Shown here in pieces: positions 1-11,957 of a stretch of 64,000 nucleotides of DNA (position 1 is its first letter; the number at the start of each line of letters is the position of its first letter). Location of the stretch: NCBI RefSeq assembly GCF_964194025.1, contig NC_134471.1, positions 24,304,001-24,368,000 of the forward strand, in the 5' to 3' direction. This DNA is from Convolutriloba macropyga. Taxonomy: Eukaryota. The position numbers and the translations under genes are program-made. The notes beneath the pieces were generated by a model. That model saw only the letters and a list, made by a program, of their open reading frames with translations, was not told where the DNA came from and ran no database searches.

Positions 1-2455
1 TGGCAAAAATTTCGACCAAATGAGGAACAGATAAATCACCCCAAAAATTCAAGTACTTTTCAAAAAAATGTGTATGAACAAAGATAGCCTCTAACGCAAA
101 TAACACAGTGGAGCAAGAAATGCCGCATTAGATTCATGAAATCAGTCGTTATTAGGAAAGTAAGTCGAGAGAGGAGCTACCAAATCAAACAACAATAACA
201 ACAAATATTAATTACAACCAAACTTATGCCCATTTAAAAAATCTTACTAAAATAGCGTCGGATAAAACTGAAGCTAAACAAAATAACAAAATAACTTGTA
301 CTTCACCAGAAAAGATATGTGACCACTCTATAAAAAGGCAAAAGGTAGCAATTAGACAAAAGAAAAACGAAAAAACTGCAAAGAAAAAAATTGGCTTATA
401 TTTTTAAAAACAAATAATTTCAAAGTAAAGAAAACCATTAGATGGCAATTGAAAATATCCAATATGTTTATGATCAAATACACCTCTTTAGGAGGGCATT
501 AAGACCTGACATTAAAGATTTTTTGCGGTTACAAAACGAAAAACAAAAAGAGACATCAAAAAAATTCAGTTAAAACTTTCGAGAAAAAGCTGTCGAAGCC
601 GTAAAGCCATATTTGGCCACACAAAATATGTTCAATTGAGCCTTCCCCGAAAGCAAAAAATATGTTATAGGCCTTATCTTTAATGAGAATAGGTAACAAG
701 AAGACGAAAAAAGAGAAAAAGTGCAAAATTATTAAGACATTTTTGTTTTTGAAAACAATTATTTTCAAAGTCGTAAAAGCCAATAGCTACAAAATGAAAT
801 AATTAAACAGGTCGTCTTTTCGTCCAACGAAAGGCTTCAGACCTATAAGTAGTCAGATTGTGTCGTACGTCTACAAAAGGGACGTTAAAATTAGACAAAA
901 TTAAAAAAAAATAAAATTACTTTTTGTCCGAAAAACCCGTGTAGAAGCCAGTAAGTTCATAATGAATTCGTTGAAGATAACATTGGATTTTGTACACTTG
1001 CTGCTTCGACAAAAATAACGTCATGTTTGGCCTGTAATTAACAAGTAGAAAAAAAGAACAAAAATGCGAAGTTAAACGACGTTAATTTTTTTTTAATTTC
1101 TGAAAACAATTTTTTTCGAAGTCAAGAAAGCCATCAGCTGTCTTCAAATCAGAACAAAAGCTACTTTATTACTTCATCAAATGACAGTGAGAGCTCTTAT
1201 TATCCAGGTAATTTAAGACGACTAAAAGACAAAGTAAAAACGACACTAAAGACAATTGTAAAAAAAATTCTATTAAATTCTTCGAGAAAGGGCTGTAGAA
1301 GCCGTTAAAACCATAATCTATCCCTTTCAAGACTTTTATATGTTCAATTGTGCCTTAATTTGGACGCAAATAATGTAATATCTGAACTCTCAACAATGTG
1401 ATTATGTGACAAAACGAGAAAACACTTGAAAAATGGGTCAATACCTTAAAAAAAATAAAAATTGTGAAATCTAGTAGTATCAAAGCCAGAAAACCATCAC
1501 TTAACGCGTAAAACCTAGGAAACAATCAAATGTAATTCAGTAGAAAGAAGAGGAGGAAGAGGCATTCTTTCCTTGCTGAAACTAAGCTACAAAATGCACA
1601 AATTAAGAGAAAATTAGTAGCAAAAATTCAATAAGCCATTGTTGATTTAAAAAGCAAACATTTTTAAAAGTCAAAACGACTATAATCCTTCGACTACAGA
1701 AAGTAGATACACTAATTAGGAACTGTTTAGGAAACCATTTTGACCTATCAACAATGAGATTTGATATGAATTGTTTTACTCTTTGATTAACATAAAAACT
1801 GCTCGATTTTTTTTTAAAAAAGACAGACTGATTCCAATCCGAATTATTTTTCGATTGTAATCTTTCAAGATTCGAGCAAAACCAGGCCCGCCATTGCTGT
1901 TGGCCCATTTAGAACACTCAATTGGTTCAAATGCTTTAGATCTAGACAATTTGTTAGTTAAAAGATGAAAAGTAAATGCTGCGTTTTTGATAATCATAGA
2001 GTAAAGTTAGCAAAAAAACGGTAAAACTTTGATTCTGGATTTCTCGATTGAAAAAGGCTGAGTTTTGAAAAGTTTAGCCAAAATTTTAGACATAACAATT
2101 AAATCAAAATAGTTAACAATATTTTTCTGTATCTAAAATTAAAATCAACAGTACTGTTGTTAACAATTTTTACCAATTTAAGCAAAAGTCACGAAATTTT
2201 AGGCGAAATTCCTGAAAATGTGAATAAAAACATCGGAAATCCGCCTGTTTTTCACAAAACTTCAAACCACGATAACTCCCTGTAAAACACGAAATACAAC
2301 AAAATTCTTTTTAATTCCATATTCAACGCTGGAGGGGCTTTTTAATGATACCACTCACAACTCTGTACGATGAATATATCGATCGGTCAAAATTGTCTCA
2401 ACAAAAAAAACCCATTTGAGTATATAGTTCCTACCCCCTCAAGAGGGGTGGGAGC
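1..2455. repeat. Degenerate AT-rich interspersed repeat (non-autonomous element, possibly Helitron-like), truncated by the window start
   Basis: 2340-2455 (TTTAATGATACCACTCACAACTCTGTACGATGAATATATCGATCGGTCAAAATTG...AAAACCCATTT...TAGTTCCT plus hairpin CCCCTC-AA-GAGGGG) is clearly homologous to 52057-52170. Both regions contain recurring AAGCCAT/GAAGCC sub-motifs and have no credible ORF. Confidence 0.5.
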
Positions 2456-3054
2456 AATGAGTTAATTGGAGATATTTGTTTTTTTGGTAACCTTTTGTAG
2501 GAATGGATGTTTGGATATAAACAAAATGTTGACAATGTTCACATTCTGTAACATCAGATCGTTTTCATGCAGCTTTTTGTGTTCGATTCAAACGAAAAAA
2601 GCTTTACCATAGTTCTCAGAAACGTAAATCAATTTAATTTTTAGACATTTTTGTCATTTAAATATTTCTCTCTAGCATTTAACGTAGGCGTTATATGTTC
2701 TGACAATGATCATACGACGTCACATTCTCAAAAAATACCGCTTACAGTCACAATTTTGATTGTCTGCGGCACTGATTAAATTTCTGAGAAAAAGCAGATA
2801 ATATTTTTAGTAACTCTGGTCTTTTTTAATTACTATTTCCGGAACTCGCGTGGTATAATAGAGCTTCTATTGCTCTGGCAGATAAACTTCTGAATGTACG
2901 TGAGAACTTTCAATTCTATCTAAATCTCGCTGATTTTCTCTCGCATCAGTTCTAAAGTAGATTCATTTAAAATTACTATAGCATTGAGCAAATATCTGAA
3001 GCCACCATAACTTCTGTAAATTTATTGAGCTGCATATAAAAACACAACAAAAAA

Positions 3055-3208
3055 ATGAATTCAAACCAAGAAGAAACAACCAATTCGGTTTCCTTGCCAG
3101 CTGAAGTGAGAAACCTTTTAATCGAAGCTAAATCTCGAACTTACAGCCCCTACTCGAAGTTCCCTGTGGGATGTGTTTTACAGCTGGATAACGGAGAGTA
3201 TATTCAAG
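3055..3208 (+). CDS. CDA: Cytidine deaminase, exon 1 (codons 1-51 plus first base of Gly52)
   Basis: Translates MNSNQ...AKSRTYSPYSKFPVGCVLQLDNGEYIQG, the YxPYSxFPVG N-terminal motif of CDA. Joins in phase 1 to 38922 to give IQG-CNVEN. Donor CAAG|GCACGT. Confidence 0.9.
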
Positions 3209-3806
3209 GCACGTTCATTTATTTAATCAAATCTTATTGCAATAACAGATGCAAAATGTATCGATGAATATTCTGTTAGCGCACGATGAGTTCCACAAAA
3301 ATATGAAACACCGAAAAAATTTTTTCTTGTGATTTGACTGATATTTATCTTTTGCTATATGAAGAGTGGCATGAAGCCGAATGTTTTCAACCTAGATGTT
3401 GTGAAAATTAGGCGAAGAAAATCAAGTTGTGAAAAATCAAGTGTTCCCCTAAGGGGAACACTTGAACATATATCGAACATTATGAGCAACGTCGATGTAC
3501 TGTCGTCGAGGAAACCAGGAAAAAGTTTTTAAAAATATTAATTTTGACATGTAGGTTTTTCAACCCATATGCCTGAAGAGACGACTAGACAATTGCTAAT
3601 CAACAGTTTCAATTCAATTGTAGTTTGCCTAAATTGCACAAAATCTATGTTGAAAGTTTTCGACGATTTTCACCAAAAAATTTTTATATGACTAATCGAG
3701 CGCTTCATTATGCACTGTTGTAATCGTATCGGGAGTTGATTAAGAACATCGTCATACAAGTGTCACCGGAGTTTGTCTTAACCTCGGAATTTCCCGACGC
3801 GACTAT

Positions 3807-4417
3807 TGTTGGGTTATGGTCTTTCGCAAGCGGAATAAAAAGCGTTTTTAACTAAGTAAAAGAATTAATTTCTCAAAAATGAGAGAATAACAAAATGATA
3901 TTTTACAGTAGAATTTAGAGATTTACAGGAGAGATCTGATTATTAGATCAAGATGGTGATTTGAATTTGGGGATGAAAAAAAGACTCAAAAATCAGCTGT
4001 ATATATATACCCATTATCAGTGTGAAAATGTCAAGATACAAAACTAATCTTAGTACAGTGATTTATAGTGGGGTCGCAAAGGTTACACAATATGGTTTGC
4101 TTCTGCAAATCAGTCGCAAAGGGAACCATAAATGGAATGCATTTGCACTTTTCTAAGAATTCATTCACACTTCCGGAGATATCATCATCATTTAATACAT
4201 GCTGGGAAGATTTTACATCATTTAATCTAACTCTAATAATAGTCATCTAAATTCACCAATTTGAACCGAATATTGATTCTAAGCACCATTTCTTGACGAT
4301 TCATTTATATAATTTCTTTGATCGAAGTCATATTGCTTGTCTTTCTAATCTGGTAAGTCAAACTTTCTTTCTAATTCTCACTAAGTTTAAGACTATAGTT
4401 TGATCGATATTCTAACA
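3807..4417 (-). repeat. Copia 3' LTR
   Basis: Direct repeat of 8716-9326 (about 4 differences seen). Preceded on the - strand by PPT AAGTGGGGG (4418-4426). Confidence 0.95.
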
Positions 4418-4424
4418 CCCCCAC

Positions 4425-7400
4425 TTAGACTTGAGCTGATTGCGTAGAGTCTGTTCCCATCAAAACTGCTCTGAATGTTTCCACTTTCGAAACGGGTAAG
4501 GTCTTTATGAAGATGTCCGCTGCCATTTGGTCTGTAGAGACGTAATGAATTGAAATAGTCCCATCCTCCGTCTTGTCCCGGATGAAGTGAAACTTTGTTT
4601 CGATATGCTTGCTCCTTTTGTGCATGACTGGGTTTTAGCAGAGTCTGATACAACTTTGGTTTTCTTCTCCAATTGCTATTGGACGTTTCTGTTGGATGCC
4701 AAAATCCTCAAGAAGTTGTTTCAGGTAGAGTGCTTCCTGAACTGCTGCTGCCATGCCTTGATATTCTGCTTCTAATGAAGACAGAGCAACTGTGGCCTGC
4801 TTCTTGACACCCCAGCTGAGTGCTGCGCCACGTCCGTTGAGCTTGAAGTAATAGCCCGTTGTTGATTTTCTGTCGTTCACGTCTCCAGACCAGTCTGCAT
4901 CACTTTCCCCCACTAAATCATAACTAGCCTCTTTTGTGTAAGTAAGTTTTTAACCTTTTGAACTTTGAAAGTATCGCAGAAGTCGTTTTCCGCATATCCA
5001 GTGTTGATTGGTAGGTGCATTCATGTGTCTGGACAGAATGTTGACTGTGAACATGATGTCTGGCCTCGTCTGTTTGACCAGATACAGAAGTGATCCAACC
5101 AAGCTTCTGTAGATCCTCTGGTCCACTTCTTCGTCTCCGTTCTGTGCTGTCTGAAGTTTCAAATTCAAATCAGCTGGAGTTCTTGAGGGTTTGCATTGAT
5201 CCATTTGAAACCGCTCAAGCATTGTTTCTATGTAGCGTTCTTGGTCGACTGTGACTTTGCCCTCTTCTCGTCTGATTCTTAGACCCAGAAACCAGTGTAG
5301 TCTCCCTCTGTGATCCATGTGAAAGGTTGCTTCTAGTGCCTTCTTGACATCAGAGACCACTGTCATACTTCTTGATGCTACTATGATGTCGTCAACCCAG
5401 ACCAAGATGAAGGTGTGATCCTCTGCCTCTGATCTTGAGAACAAGCAGTGATCGTTCCTGCTTCTGGTGAACCCCTGTCTCAGTAGGAAGTTTGCCAGCT
5501 CTTTGTACCAGTTGTTAGCAGCCTGTTTCAAACCATAAATTGATTTATTTAGTCGACATACTAACTTCTCCCCATCTGATCCGCGTTTTACAAACTCCTG
5601 TGGCTGTTCCAGATACACTTCTTCCTCGATTGGTGAGTGCAGGAAAGCAGTCTTGACATCAAATTGGTGCATCACATGGCCCTGCTTCGCTGATAGCTGA
5701 AGTAGAATCCTGATTGTCTCTGGCTTACAGGTAGGCGCAAAAGTCTCAAAGTAGTCCAGTCCTTCCACTTGTTTGAAGCCTTTCGCCACATAGCGCGCTT
5801 TGTATTTGTCCACTTGACCACTGGGTCCCAATTTCACTTTGTAGACCCATTTGCCCGGTATGACGTCCCTGTCTGTGGGTGGTCTCACTAGGTTCCAAGT
5901 CTCGTTGTCTTGGAGTGCCTTAATCTCCTCCTTCATTGCCCGGTGCCACTGGTCCCAATCGCCACCTTGCTTGGCTTCGTAGACTGTGTTGGGTTCCACA
6001 TAGTCGCCCTCAGTCACAGCAAGATGGGTCCTGCCTTCTCCAAAAAATTGCGGAACATTCCTTGCTCGTGTCCCTCGTCTGGGCTCTGCTCTGTCCGCGT
6101 GTTCCAGTGCATCTTCATTGAAGCCAACTGTCTCTAACTGTGAGAAGTCTTCTGTGTCACTGTCTTCAGTGACTCTGAGTCTCTGTAACTCACTCTTGTT
6201 GCAGTAAATCCTTCATCTAGTGCTGTTTCTCCAACATCCGAGGCCTCTTGTCTCAGTGTTGTTTCTTGAGTATTCACGCTCCCTGCGTCATGCCACTCCT
6301 CCTTTATTGCAGTAGATATGTCCTGTCGTTCTCTGTTGTGCCAGATTCCCAGTTCCGACCCATCATCTAGTAGGTTACCCGTTTCTTTGTTGCCAGGGAT
6401 TGAGCCCACTTCAGACTCCTTGATGATCACATCTCGAACTGCCATCACCTTGCGTGTGTTGGGTATGTACACCAGGTATCCGTTTTCTCCTTCAGTGTAA
6501 CCCACAAACTTTCCTTCCAGTGCCTTGGGTTCAAGTTTGCTGACTTCTCGGTCCCTCTTCCCCATGAAGACTGTGCAACCAAAAATAGATAATTTACTAA
6601 TTGGAAGCTTAGGTTTTATACCTCTCATCAGCTCTGCTAGGCATTTTTCTTCTCGTCTGACAACCAAGTTTCTGATCCTTGCTGCGTGATGAATTGATGC
6701 TCCCCACATCATCTTAGGAAGTCCTGAGTCAATGAGCAAACATCTTGACATCTCCAGCAGTGTCCTGTTGCACGTCTCAGCTAACCCATTCTGTTGTGGC
6801 GTCTCTGGTATGGTCTTCTCCTGTAGAATGCCTGCATCTAAGCAGTACTTCTTGAACTGCTCTGAGAGAAACTCCTTAGCGTTGTCTTGCCTCAGCTTCT
6901 TGGGCGTCCCCACACGGAGAACAAACTTCTTCAGGCTGGCCAATGCTTCACTCTTTGCCTTAATCAATTCCACAAACACAATTTTCGTGTACTGGTCTGC
7001 AAACACTATGCAGAACCGGAACCCTGACAGTGACTCTACTCTGAAAGATCCCATCACGTCTGTGAACACCCTCTCCAGCTTCTCTTCTGCTTGGGTCTCT
7101 GCCACTCTTGGTACTGGAGTTTTTGTGATCTTGGCCAATGCACACACATTGCATACATCATCGCGTTTCCCACTGTCTCTGGTGCATTCCTGACCACATC
7201 CGCTTAATTCAAATGACCCAATCGTCTGTGCCACTTCCTTGCACTGTCAAGTTTCACGCTGTTGGAACTCATCTTGAATTTTAGAACGCTGCAGGGTAAG
7301 TAAAACAAATATTTTTCTTGTGTTAGTTTTACCCGAGTTCCCTTTTGGAGTTTCATGCAGCTGTTTCCTCTCTCGAAAGTGAAGCTATGTCCCCACTGCG

Positions 7401-8584
7401 TGCATCTTGTGACTGATAGGAGGTTTGAAGAATAGTCCGGCACACACAGAACATTTTCGAGTTCGCATTGGAATTGCCCTTTGTTTGAGGGTATGTTGAT
7501 CCTCACACAGCCTCTGCCCACCACTCTGGAAGCCTCTCCGTTGGGATTTCTGACCACTGATTGAATGGGCACAAAGTCCAGGAACGCATCGATGTTCGTC
7601 ACTATGTGATCTGTACAACCACTGTCCAATAGCATGCCTGCTTTTTTCCACTGAGTAAGAGCTGCCCACCATTCCTCGTCTGGTGTAGCCAATGTTGGAA
7701 CCATTGCCACTGACTCATGTTTGCCTCCATCTCTTTGTCTCTTGCATGCCCTGTCTAGGTGGCCCTTCTCACCACACTTGCTGCATTGTGCTGTCTCCTT
7801 CTTCCTGCAGTCCTTGGCAAAGTGTCCAGGGACCCCACACACAAAGCTGTTTCCTTTCTTGGGTCCCTTCTTGAAGTCACGCTTCACTGCCAGTGCCACT
7901 GAACCACTTTGTCCCTTGTGTCTCTGCACCGTGCTCTCATGAAAGTTCTGCAGCCTTTTCCTCAACTCTGTGAAGTTTGTTGCCGGGTTGAAGCTTTCCT
8001 GTATAGCAAATTTTTCATACCTCATTGGAAGACCATTGAGGACCAAGGCGTTGAAGAGGGTCTCTGAGACTGCTTCCCCTGCTTCTTGTAGCCTTGAAAG
8101 CAACTCCTGTCCTCTGATGAAGAAGCTGTCCAAATCCTCAGAATCCTCGAGCTGCAGTCGAGCAAGCTGTGCCACTAAAGTCACCACTGTCGGCGTCTCC
8201 ACACTCTGAAATCTTTCTTGCAAAAGCTTCCAAGCCTTTGCTCCATCTCCAATGCCATCATCTCCCACACAGTCATGTCTCATCAGCATGAGGGTTGTTG
8301 CATCTAGAGTCAGTGCCCGATGGCACCACACATTGATCCGTTTCTCCTTGATGTCTGCAACTTCCTTCTCATATGCATCCTTCAGCACCTTGTGGTTCTT
8401 CTTCTCATCATTGGTTGCCCCATTGGCCAGTGGCACAGGCTCATTGGGTTACTCCTTTGTCCCCAGTAGTGATCCTAGTGTAGAGTCCCTTCGTCTGCAT
8501 CATCGCCACAAATCTTGTGCTCCAGATTGGAAAGTCCTGTGCCTTTCCTGTGTAAGTCAGCAGCTTCACTGTCTGTTGATCCAT
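4425..8584 (-). pseudogene. Copia gag-pol polyprotein, interrupted by frameshifts and in-frame stops
   Basis: Starts MDQQTVKLL at 8584. CCHC knuckle CSKCGEKGHLDRAC, protease LLDSGCTDH, WHRRLGH, integrase LRQDNAKEF and PQQNGLAE, RT YKARYVAKGF and VWVDD, RNase H SDADW and HKRSKHI. In-frame stops at 7204, 4950 and 4635. Confidence 0.92.
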
Positions 8585-8701
8585 TGGAGTTTGAGCAGGC
8601 AAAACGGTTGTGAAAAAAAAAGTATTAAGCAGAAAAGGATTATGACTGTCAACAACAAATTAGTTTTGTTTTGGAAATTAATTTTATGACTTAGAAAATT
8701 G

Positions 8702-8715
8702 CTGGGCCCATAACC
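8702..8715 (-). promoter_or_regulatory. Copia primer-binding site (half-tRNA-iMet type)
   Basis: GGTTATGGGCCCAG immediately after the 5' LTR, the PBS type of Drosophila copia and related elements. Confidence 0.85.
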
Positions 8716-9326
8716 TGTTGGGCTATGGACTTTTGCAAGCGGAATAAAAAGCGTTTTTAACTAAGTAAAAGAATTAATTTCTCAAAAATGAGAGAATAAC
8801 AAAATGATATTTTACAGTAGAATTTAGAGATTTACAGGAGAGATCTGATTATTAGATCAAGATGGTGATTTGAATTTGGGGATGAAAAAAAGACTCAAAA
8901 ATCAGCTGTATATATATACCCATTATCAGTGTGAAAATGTCAAGATACAAAACTAATCTTAGTACAGTGATTTATAGTGGGGTCGCAAAGGTTACACAAT
9001 ATGGTTTGCTTCTGCAAATCAGTCGCAAAGGGAACCATAAATGGAATGCATTTGCACTTTTCTAAGAACTCATTCACACTTCCGGAGATATCATCATCAT
9101 TTAATACATGCTGGGAAGATTTTACATCATTTAATCTAACTCTAATAATAGTCATCTAAATTCACCAATTTGAACCGAATATTGATTCTAAGCACCATTT
9201 CTTGACGATTCATTTATATAATTTCTTTGATCGAAGTCATATTGCTTGTCTTTCTAATCTGGTAAGTCAAACTTTCTTTCTAATTCTCACTAAGTTTAAG
9301 ACTATAGTTTGATCGATATTCTAACA
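8716..9326 (-). repeat. Copia 5' LTR
   Basis: Direct repeat of 3807-4417, followed on the - strand by the PBS. Confidence 0.95.
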
Positions 9327-10685
9327 ACGATAAGAAAACGTAGGGTAATGTTGCCTTTTCTTCATATCAGAAATAAATAAGTTTTCTTATGAAAGTAGTA
9401 CCGTTTTTTGGTATTATACAGAGAATTGAACCCATTCGTTGTAATTTTAGATGTAATATGTTTTTTTTTGCAAAATCTTGCAAGATTTTTGAGATGGAAC
9501 GAAGTGCTCGTAATTTTGTGCAGCGACTTTCCAAGCTCGGCAGTAATTCTCACTTTGTGGTCATTCAAATTTAAAATTCCAGGAACGAAATCAGCTGATT
9601 TTTGTGTGCTCAAATTTGATGGATTTTGCGCCGCAAAAATGAGTTAACTTTTGTCAGTGAAATTCGAATTGTTTATGATTGAGTTTGTTTGTTGATTTTG
9701 CGCTGCAGATTTGATTATCGTTGTAATCCAGTGATTTTGCTTGGCAATTAGTTTCAATTGGAAGAGAATTACCTGAATGCTAAATTGGAAGATTGAAGAA
9801 TGAAAATCAGTTAAGAACAAATATGAAAAAATACATCGCAACTATTTCGCCAGGTGGAAGAACAACAGTTTAATCAATTTTCAAACGGATGGTCAGAAAG
9901 AAGTCTAATTTTGGAGCAGGCAGTGTTTTATATTTAAAAAAAATGATAATTATTGAAACGTTTTTTCATCAGATTGAAGGATTTGGGTTGTGGATAGTCA
10001 CATTTGAGTTAACTACACTATTTGGGGTAAGAAAAAAGATTAAATTGACCAAAAAGTTAAAAATGAAGTTCCAAATGATGATTGAGAAGGATGGTGCTGA
10101 CTAATGTGCCACATTTCCCTCCGGCCGACATAATATTAATAATTTTTTAAGCTTATTGGCTGACAGAGTTGGACGCGTTTTCTACTTCTCTGACGATCAT
10201 CTTTTATTTTTCTCATAATTTGCATAATTTGGAGAAATATTACTTAGAACGGGTAAGCTTGTGTACTCGGTCCGGTTGAATTTTGCCTTGAGAAGTTTTG
10301 AAAGTTTCCTATTGCACCTTGTATGCTGATCTTCTGCTGGTCTTGGTTTAGTAGCTTGTCGCAGCGCTGCTGCGATGGTGCTTTAGATGGTGAGATTTGA
10401 ATAACAGTATAATATTATACGAAAAATTGGCGTGGATTCATTTGATTTATCCTGTTCTGGGAGTGATATTCGTTGGCATGTTTGTTGCTGTTATTGCTGT
10501 GTTTGTTTCCTCTTTGACCGTGGTGATGGCACTGGAATGATTCGCGGTGCGTTTGTCCCTTGCTTTTGCGATGTAGTTATTTGAAGTCGGGCTGCCATCG
10601 ATTTCAGAAACTTTGTTTGCATGCGAACTCTCAACGTGTGCGCCCCCGATACGATCGACTCTATCGATGATACTCAACTAGCATC

Positions 10686-10951
10686 TGTTATCGACATCGA
10701 TAATCTTCTTATTGATTGGCGCTAATCATTTTACCGCAAAATTGTCATAATCCTTGTAAACTAACAAACATTGATTCATAACACAAGAAATTTGAAACCA
10801 AAAGGGCACGTGACAACAATGTAATTAAGGTAATTTTGAGGACTAAGGTTTTGAAACATCAAAAAACAGAGTAGAAAAATCCGAAAGAAGGCAAGTCGAC
10901 GCCCCCCAACCGAGCACCAAACTATCCCCCCAGGAGGCATCGACACTGTCA
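10686..10951 (+). repeat. BEL/Pao 5' LTR
   Basis: TGTTATCGAC...CACTGTCA, repeated at 20828-21093. Confidence 0.95.
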
Positions 10952-11407
10952 TTTGGCGCTTCAAACGAACAGATCCAACCCGAACAGCAGAGCAACCTCC
11001 TCTGTGGACAAGTTGGTCAACACAGATGCTAGGAGGGTGGAAAGGAAGCTACATTGAAAAAGAAATACGTGGAATGTTGGAATTGGACAAAAGTTGAAGT
11101 TGCATTATGGAAGGGTCTCGTGCAGGTGTTCTGTGAGAAGAAATGACAAATCAGATAAGCTTTGAGAACTTATATATTTTTTATATCACTCCATTTATTG
11201 GTTCTCGGGGCAAATAACACCCCCCCCCCTCACTGAAGAGGCGTAGTCACCAATTATCAACAGGGTTTGCGTAACTATAACTCAGGATTTCTCCTTTTTT
11301 TTGAAAAAAAAACAGTTTCTCAGCTAAGCGATTGTTAAAATTATTAGCAGTTCAAATTGTTATATTATAAAATTCGGGTCCGGTGAAACTTTTGCAAAGA
11401 TTACATT

Positions 11408-11945
11408 AACCCAGCAGCCAGCCAGTGCAATCCGGCCAACCGGACATCTCTACAGCCTCAACCAGCCGACTTCATCGTTCCGCCAGTGGAACATCCAAGC
11501 CGTAGTCGACATCTACACCAACCCAGCAACCAGCCAGTGCAATCCGGCCAACCGGACATCTCTGCAGCCTCAACCAGCCGACTTCATTGTTCAACCAGTG
11601 GAACATCCAAGCCGTAGTCGACATCTACACCAACCCAGCAGCCAGCCAGTGCAATCCGGCCAACCGGACATCTCTGCAGCCTCAACCAGCCGACTTCATC
11701 GTTCAGCCAGTGGAACATCCAAGCCGCAGTCAACATCTACACCAACCCAGCAGGCAGCCAGTGCAATCCGGCCAACCGGACATCTCTGCAGCCTCAACCA
11801 GCCGACTTCATCGTTCAGCCAGTGGAACATCCAAGCCGTAGTCGACATCTACACCACCCCAGCAGCCAGACAGTGCAATCTGGCCAATCGGGCATCTGTG
11901 CAGCCGCAACCAGCCGAGTTAATCTTTCCGCCTGTAGAACCAGTC
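11408..11945 (+). repeat. 112-bp tandem repeat (about 4.8 copies) in the BEL leader
   Basis: Unit starts at 11408, 11520, 11632, 11744 and 11856 (AACCCAGC; ACCCCAGC in the last copy). Confidence 0.92.
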
Positions 11946-11957
11946 AACAAAGTGCCC

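Larger units (their letters stand above)
3807..9326 (-). mobile_element. Full-length Ty1/Copia LTR retrotransposon (coding region disabled)
   Basis: 611-bp TG...CA LTRs at 3807-4417 and 8716-9326; flanks ACTAT/ACGAT (5-bp TSD, one mismatch); PBS and PPT present; domain order gag-PR-IN-RT-RH. Confidence 0.95.

Noticed and set aside
3035-3041. TATA box of CDA
   Set aside because: It is only about 20 bp from the ATG in very AT-rich sequence and cannot be distinguished from background.
3281-3312. Hammerhead-like CGATGAG...GAAAC
   Set aside because: The core is not CTGANGA and stem II does not pair convincingly.
4031-4250. Duplicated 71-aa and 60-aa ORFs (also at 8940-9159)
   Set aside because: They lie inside the two Copia LTRs, so the duplication is trivial, and they have no recognisable domain.
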